Under the pieces are notes generated by a model. The model did not search any database. It was given only the letters and a program-made list of their open reading frames with translations, and was not told the origin of the DNA. A DNA stretch of 64,000 nt from the NCBI GenBank assembly GCA_963827165.1, contig CAWGZR010000010.1, forward strand, positions 96,001-160,000, in the 5' to 3' direction. The DNA comes from Candidatus Bathyarchaeota archaeon (GTDB lineage: Archaea; Thermoproteota; Bathyarchaeia; Bathyarchaeales; Bathycorpusculaceae). Positions 59,422-64,000 of this stretch are shown in pieces. Each line of letters starts with the position of its first letter. Positions within the stretch are counted from its first letter, which is position 1. The position numbers were made by a program, and so were the translations under genes.

Positions 59422-61056
59422 TTATTTCATGATTGCTTTGAGGTCTTCATCAGGTGTCTTTATCGGCATGATGTTGAATTTTTCTACGAGTACGTTGAGT
59501 ATGCCTGGAGTTATGAAGGCGGGTAAGCTTGGTCCGATGCGGATGTCTTTTATGCCGAGGTATAGAAGTGATAGCAGAATGGCTACAGCTTTTTGTTCGT
59601 ACCATGACAGCACAAGCGACAACGGTAACTCATTGATTGACACGTCGAAAGCATCTGCTAATGCTTGCGCTATCTTAACCGCGGAGTAGGCGTCGTTGCA
59701 TTGCCCAATGTCCAGCAATCGCGGGATTTCATCGATTGAGCCCAAATCTTTGTCGAAGAAACGGAATTTGCCGCATGCTAACGTCAGGATGACTGTGTTT
59801 TTGGGTGCTTTTTCAACGAATTCCGTGTAGTAGCTTCTGCCGGGTTTCGCTCCATCGCATCCGCCAACCAAAATGAAATGTTTGATGTGACCGCTCTTTA
59901 CTGCCGCTATGACTTTATCTGCAACGCTTAGCACCGCATTTCTGCCGAAACCGACTAAAACTGTCTTGCCTTCAGAGTCTTCTTGGAACCCTGGCATTTC
60001 AAGGGCTTTCCGTATTACTGGTGAAAAATCTTTGCCGCTTATGTGCGGTACACCGGGATATCCAACGGGTCCAGTAGTGAAAATGTTGCCCAAATAGCTC
60101 TCGACAGGTCTTTGGATGCAATTGGTCGTCATCAAAATTGCTCCTGGGAAAGCCGCGAATTCTTTCTGCTGGTTCTGCCATGCAGTTCCGTAGTGACCGA
60201 AGAAGTGAGGGTACTTTTTGAGGGCTGGATAGCCATGTGTCGGTAACATCTCGCCGTGAGTGTAAACATTGATTCCTTTGCCTTCGCTTTGTTTAAGAAT
60301 CGCCTCTAAGTCGATGAGGTCATGTCCCGAGACAAGGACTGCTTTGCCTTTTTTGTGATAAAGCGGAACTTTCGTCGGTTCAGGATGCCCATAGGTTTCA
60401 GTGTTTCCCGCATCTAGTAATTCCATTGCGCGAACATTGATTTCTCCACATTTGAAAACTAAACCGACAAACTCGTTAGACCCGAGAGACTTGTCAAGCG
60501 GAGCAGCAAGTCCCAAATTTACGAAATCGAAAACTTTAGCGTCTTTTTTACCCAGAAGTGCAGCGTGGTATGAGTAGGCAGCGACTCCTTTTAACCCGTA
60601 AGTAAGTAGCCACTGAAGCGAATGCAGATCTGGATCAATGGCTGGGCCAGAGTTTATCCCGAATTGTTTTCCCTGCGATACCAACCCCGCTGTGGTTTTT
60701 TCGAGTTGCAAATTGAATGTTGAGTTGATTTTGCCTTTCATGGCGACTATTCTGCTGCGTAGTTGCTCTTGGTATTGCGCTGTTTTCCTGATGTAGGTGG
60801 TTATAGCTTCGGGGTCGAAGTTGACGTTTGTTAAAGTAACGAATAGTGCCTCGGTTGTAAAGAGGTCAATGGCTTCGTCTTTTACGCCTGCTTTTAGTGC
60901 TTCGGTTGACAATTGTCCCAGTCCGCGGAGCATGTAGACTAGCAAGTCTTGAAGTGCAGAGACATCAGCGGTTTTTCCGCATACGCCAGCAACTGTACAG
61001 CCTTGCCCTTTAGATGTTTGTTCACATTGATAACAGAACATTTGATTTTGACTCAT
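59422..61056 (-). CDS. hcp: Hybrid cluster protein (hydroxylamine/NO reductase)
   Basis: MFCYQCEQT..GC...GVCGK, SGHDL, YTHGEM, GGCDG, LACGK, GQCND and SWYEQKA. Confidence 0.97.
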   Translation of the reverse strand: MSQNQMFCYQCEQTSKGQGCTVAGVCGKTADVSALQDLLVYMLRGLGQLSTEALKAGVKDEAIDLFTTEALFVTLTNVNFDPEAITTYIRKTAQYQEQLRSRIVAMKGKINSTFNLQLEKTTAGLVSQGKQFGINSGPAIDPDLHSLQWLLTYGLKGVAAYSYHAALLGKKDAKVFDFVNLGLAAPLDKSLGSNEFVGLVFKCGEINVRAMELLDAGNTETYGHPEPTKVPLYHKKGKAVLVSGHDLIDLEAILKQSEGKGINVYTHGEMLPTHGYPALKKYPHFFGHYGTAWQNQQKEFAAFPGAILMTTNCIQRPVESYLGNIFTTGPVGYPGVPHISGKDFSPVIRKALEMPGFQEDSEGKTVLVGFGRNAVLSVADKVIAAVKSGHIKHFILVGGCDGAKPGRSYYTEFVEKAPKNTVILTLACGKFRFFDKDLGSIDEIPRLLDIGQCNDAYSAVKIAQALADAFDVSINELPLSLVLSWYEQKAVAILLSLLYLGIKDIRIGPSLPAFITPGILNVLVEKFNIMPIKTPDEDLKAIMK

Positions 61057-61122
61057 ATTTTGTCCCTGTTTAACACTTCGGCTTCATTCCAGATAGTCAT
61101 TGTCCCTAACAACTTAGGGATT

Positions 61123-62076
61123 TCAAAATTTCGTGAAGTCAATTCCAAACCTCTCAGACAACTTGGGCAAATCGTTCAAGATATATACGAAGGCGTGACC
61201 CACCCAACCGTTCCACCTGTTTTCCGCAATCTTTCTCAAGGCGGGGATAACCTCCCGAGGCTCACTTGGCTTCTTGCCCTCAAACAAGACGTTGAAGATC
61301 TTAGCGCTCCAAACATCAAGCGGAAAACCCATCCGCGGCATAACAAGCTCCGCAGAATAATCGCCGATTCCCCGAAGGGTAAGAAGCGCTTTTCTTGCAT
61401 CTTCAGGTGGCATAAGCGACAACTCATCTATGGAAGGAAAGCCTTGATTTAGAGTTTCCGCGATTGCTTTGAGGTTTTTAGCTCTGTACCCCAGTTTAGC
61501 CTTCGACATCAACTCTTCAGCAGACACTTCAGCAATTGTTTTGGTCGATGGCCAATAACGCATGGTTTTGCCTTCGAAGCTGGCTTTGTCACCGAACTCG
61601 GTAATTAAGAAGTCCATCATTTGGTTGCTGCGTTTCATCGGCGCCATCTGTAAAGTCACAGCCAAAATCAAAGCGGGAAACAGCTCAGGCCAACCGACCG
61701 TATGCATCCCACAAAGATCTTTGACAACGCCACCCAAAATGTCGTCTTTTTCAGCCAAAGCATAGAATTCACAAAGGTCTTCTTCCGTTTTCAAAGCACG
61801 CTCTAACATGCATTTTATTCCTTGTTTTTCCGAGGCAGCAACGTCGATTTTGGAATATACAATGCATTGTATTTGGGGTTTTCGCGCGGTGCCTGTTGAC
61901 CAAATCTTCAACCCTAACAGTTCACTATTGAACCGCGTCAGAGTCCAACAGACTCCGGATTCGAATACTTCGTCGGGTGTTGACCACCACCATCCAGCGG
62001 GTTTCCGCATTGTCAATTCGAAGTTGTAAGGCGGGATAGGCTTGAATTCGGCGGAGAATGCTTCTTTCAAATTCAA
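61123..62076 (-). CDS. HhH-GPD DNA glycosylase (AlkA-like)
   Basis: PPYNF, LGYRAK, LLTLRGIGDYSA and FPLDVW. Confidence 0.87.
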   Translation of the reverse strand: MNLKEAFSAEFKPIPPYNFELTMRKPAGWWWSTPDEVFESGVCWTLTRFNSELLGLKIWSTGTARKPQIQCIVYSKIDVAASEKQGIKCMLERALKTEEDLCEFYALAEKDDILGGVVKDLCGMHTVGWPELFPALILAVTLQMAPMKRSNQMMDFLITEFGDKASFEGKTMRYWPSTKTIAEVSAEELMSKAKLGYRAKNLKAIAETLNQGFPSIDELSLMPPEDARKALLTLRGIGDYSAELVMPRMGFPLDVWSAKIFNVLFEGKKPSEPREVIPALRKIAENRWNGWVGHAFVYILNDLPKLSERFGIDFTKF

Positions 62077-62246
62077 AATAGAACCCTAATTATCCAAAGT
62101 GACGCAAACATTAAAAACATTGCATCAAACTTTTGTGACACCCCGGATTTTTCGATTGTTTAAGTCATTAATTATTGCCAAAAATTCTAAAACAGAAGTA
62201 GATAAGTGGATGAAAATGGCTTATTTGTTCAGGTGAAGCAGACTTC

Positions 62247-63956
62247 ATGAAGCGGAGAAAAATTGCGGTTGCTCTAGCGCTTATAGCAATCATAACTGTA
62301 TCCTTTTTTGTAGCGTCAAATCTGCTTGCGCCCGCAAAGCAAACCCTAGTTTCGCCTAAGCCTTTCTACGTGGGAATTGAGACAGGATGGAACGCCACGG
62401 TTGTGCAATGTGAGGCGGTTATTGACGAAGTTAAAGGCTACACCAACATGTACATTATTGCGTCGCCGCAAGTCATCAAGAACGAGACTGCGCTCAACCA
62501 AGTGTGCGACTACGCCTACGCAGCTGGATTGTACTTTATGCCGGAGTTCTACGAACAGTTCTTCCTCAACGACACAGGCTATATTCCCTCCGAATGGTTC
62601 ACTGCAGCTAAAGAGCGGTATGGAGACCATCTCCTAGGCGTCTACTATTATGATGAACCAGCAGGAAGCCAACTGGACACCACCCAAATAATAAAAAACA
62701 ATCCAGTCATAACGCCGACGTCCCCAGCAAAAAGCTACCTGGACTATACCAACTACTTCTCTTGGCTTTGGACCCATGGCAGCGGCGGTGGCTTAGCTGA
62801 AACTTCCAGTTTCTTTAGAAGCGCAAACTCTTCGCTGTTCACTTCAGATTACGGCTTGTACTGGTTCGACTATGAACTGGGGTACAACACGGTTTTGGCT
62901 CAGTTCGGCTGGAACAACAGCAGACCTATGCAAATCAGTTTGGTTCGGGGAGCATCAGAGGCTCAGAACCAAAGTTGGGGCGCAATTGTAACCTGGACAT
63001 ATAATGGAACGATGAATGGGGGAACCTACTTGGAGCCACCTTCGCAGATGTACAGCGATATGGTTTTGGCTTACAACTGCGGTGCATCATACGTATCTAT
63101 CTATGATTCAACCCAAAATTACGTTAACACCACTTTGACCCCAGCGTATTACAGCAAGCTGCAGGATTTTTGGAATTATGTCCAACAGAATCCAGAAGAA
63201 CACGGAAGCCAAAAAGCAACTACTGCAGTAGTACTTCCGCAAGATTACGGTTTCGGGTTCCGAAGCCAAACTGATTCAGTATGGCAATATCACACTACCA
63301 CAAGCTGGTCCCAACAACTCTACTTCAACATCACAAGCCTTCTCGCCTCAAAAAAATCAGGCGTAGACATTGTTTACAGCGACCCGCAGTTCCTAAATGC
63401 GATAAAAAGCGAATACGAAAAAATCCTTTATTGGCCGCAAGATTTTGAAAATGGCGTAAGCTATCAGGTTGTGGACTTGAATAACAGTTTAGGATACAAC
63501 ACGATCCAAAACGCCGAGTCATCATTCGCAACCTACGAAGGCCACACCCTGCTGGTTAAGCCTGGGACCTACCAGGAAAACGTTGCAGTCAACAAACCCT
63601 TAACGTTAACCAGCCAAAACAACCAGTCCACCATAATCGAAGGTTTCGATAACGGAACCGCCCTAACGATTAGTACCGACAACGTCACCTTATATAGTTT
63701 CACGTTGGAAAACAGCCCCTACCCCACATCTACAGTGGGCACAGGAATCCTTCTTGAAAATGCCCATAACTGCTCAATAACTAACAATTTAGTCGCCGGC
63801 AACTACATCGGAATCCTTCTCGTAAACTCCACCTACAACGTATTTAGAAACAACGAAATCAGCGGCAACACCTACAATTTGATCCTTCAAAATTCAGAAC
63901 CCAACAGCATAGACAATTCAAACCTGATCGGCGACAAACCATACAGTGGAAGCTAA
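62247..63956 (+). CDS. Secreted protein: GH-like barrel N-terminal domain plus NosD/pectin-lyase-like beta-helix
   Basis: Signal/TM, YYYDEP.G.QLD, TSDYGLYWFDY; C-terminal TIQ.A, PGTYQEN and GILL..NN repeats. Confidence 0.75.
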   Translation: MKRRKIAVALALIAIITVSFFVASNLLAPAKQTLVSPKPFYVGIETGWNATVVQCEAVIDEVKGYTNMYIIASPQVIKNETALNQVCDYAYAAGLYFMPEFYEQFFLNDTGYIPSEWFTAAKERYGDHLLGVYYYDEPAGSQLDTTQIIKNNPVITPTSPAKSYLDYTNYFSWLWTHGSGGGLAETSSFFRSANSSLFTSDYGLYWFDYELGYNTVLAQFGWNNSRPMQISLVRGASEAQNQSWGAIVTWTYNGTMNGGTYLEPPSQMYSDMVLAYNCGASYVSIYDSTQNYVNTTLTPAYYSKLQDFWNYVQQNPEEHGSQKATTAVVLPQDYGFGFRSQTDSVWQYHTTTSWSQQLYFNITSLLASKKSGVDIVYSDPQFLNAIKSEYEKILYWPQDFENGVSYQVVDLNNSLGYNTIQNAESSFATYEGHTLLVKPGTYQENVAVNKPLTLTSQNNQSTIIEGFDNGTALTISTDNVTLYSFTLENSPYPTSTVGTGILLENAHNCSITNNLVAGNYIGILLVNSTYNVFRNNEISGNTYNLILQNSEPNSIDNSNLIGDKPYSGS

Positions 63957-64000
63957 TTTCTCCAAGGGTTAACCCCCTGGTTTCCCATAGAAGGCGCTTG

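Noticed and set aside
552-63531. Numerous 60-200 aa ORFs antisense to or overlapping annotated genes
   Set aside because: Shadow ORFs with no motifs, fully explained by the confident genes.

Overview
Archaeal chromosomal window, most consistent with Bathyarchaeia. This is inferred from the archaeal aIF-6/L18Ae/prefoldin-alpha/FtsY block, W-AOR, IorAB and the large PQQ-like beta-propeller surface proteins. It starts with the 3' part of a tRNA, followed by cell-surface genes, some of them decayed. The rest is metabolic, transport and regulatory genes: aguBA, nadX, a metE-like core synthase, glpX, a P1B ATPase, aor, paaK-iorA-iorB, metG and hcp. No CRISPR array, integrase or transposase was seen. 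Main observations: (1) a clear TPP riboswitch, rare in archaea, whose aptamer contains the Shine-Dalgarno. It heads a four-gene operon (ECF S-component, SAM methyltransferase, PurM/ThiL-superfamily ATP enzyme, ThiE paralog with a remodelled active site) that may be an uncharacterised thiamine-analogue salvage or repair pathway. (2) IorA carries an internal 4x[4Fe-4S] domain paralogous to the neighbouring AOR small subunit. (3) Five indels in four genes all fit CTAG sites, suggesting a DNA-modification footprint in the assembly. (4) Two 901-aa surface-protein paralogs share a 5'UTR hairpin and near-identical 3' ends around a variable core. (5) An unassigned ~150-190 nt structured intergenic element lies at about 36 kb. 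All calls are from motif reading; no database searches were run.
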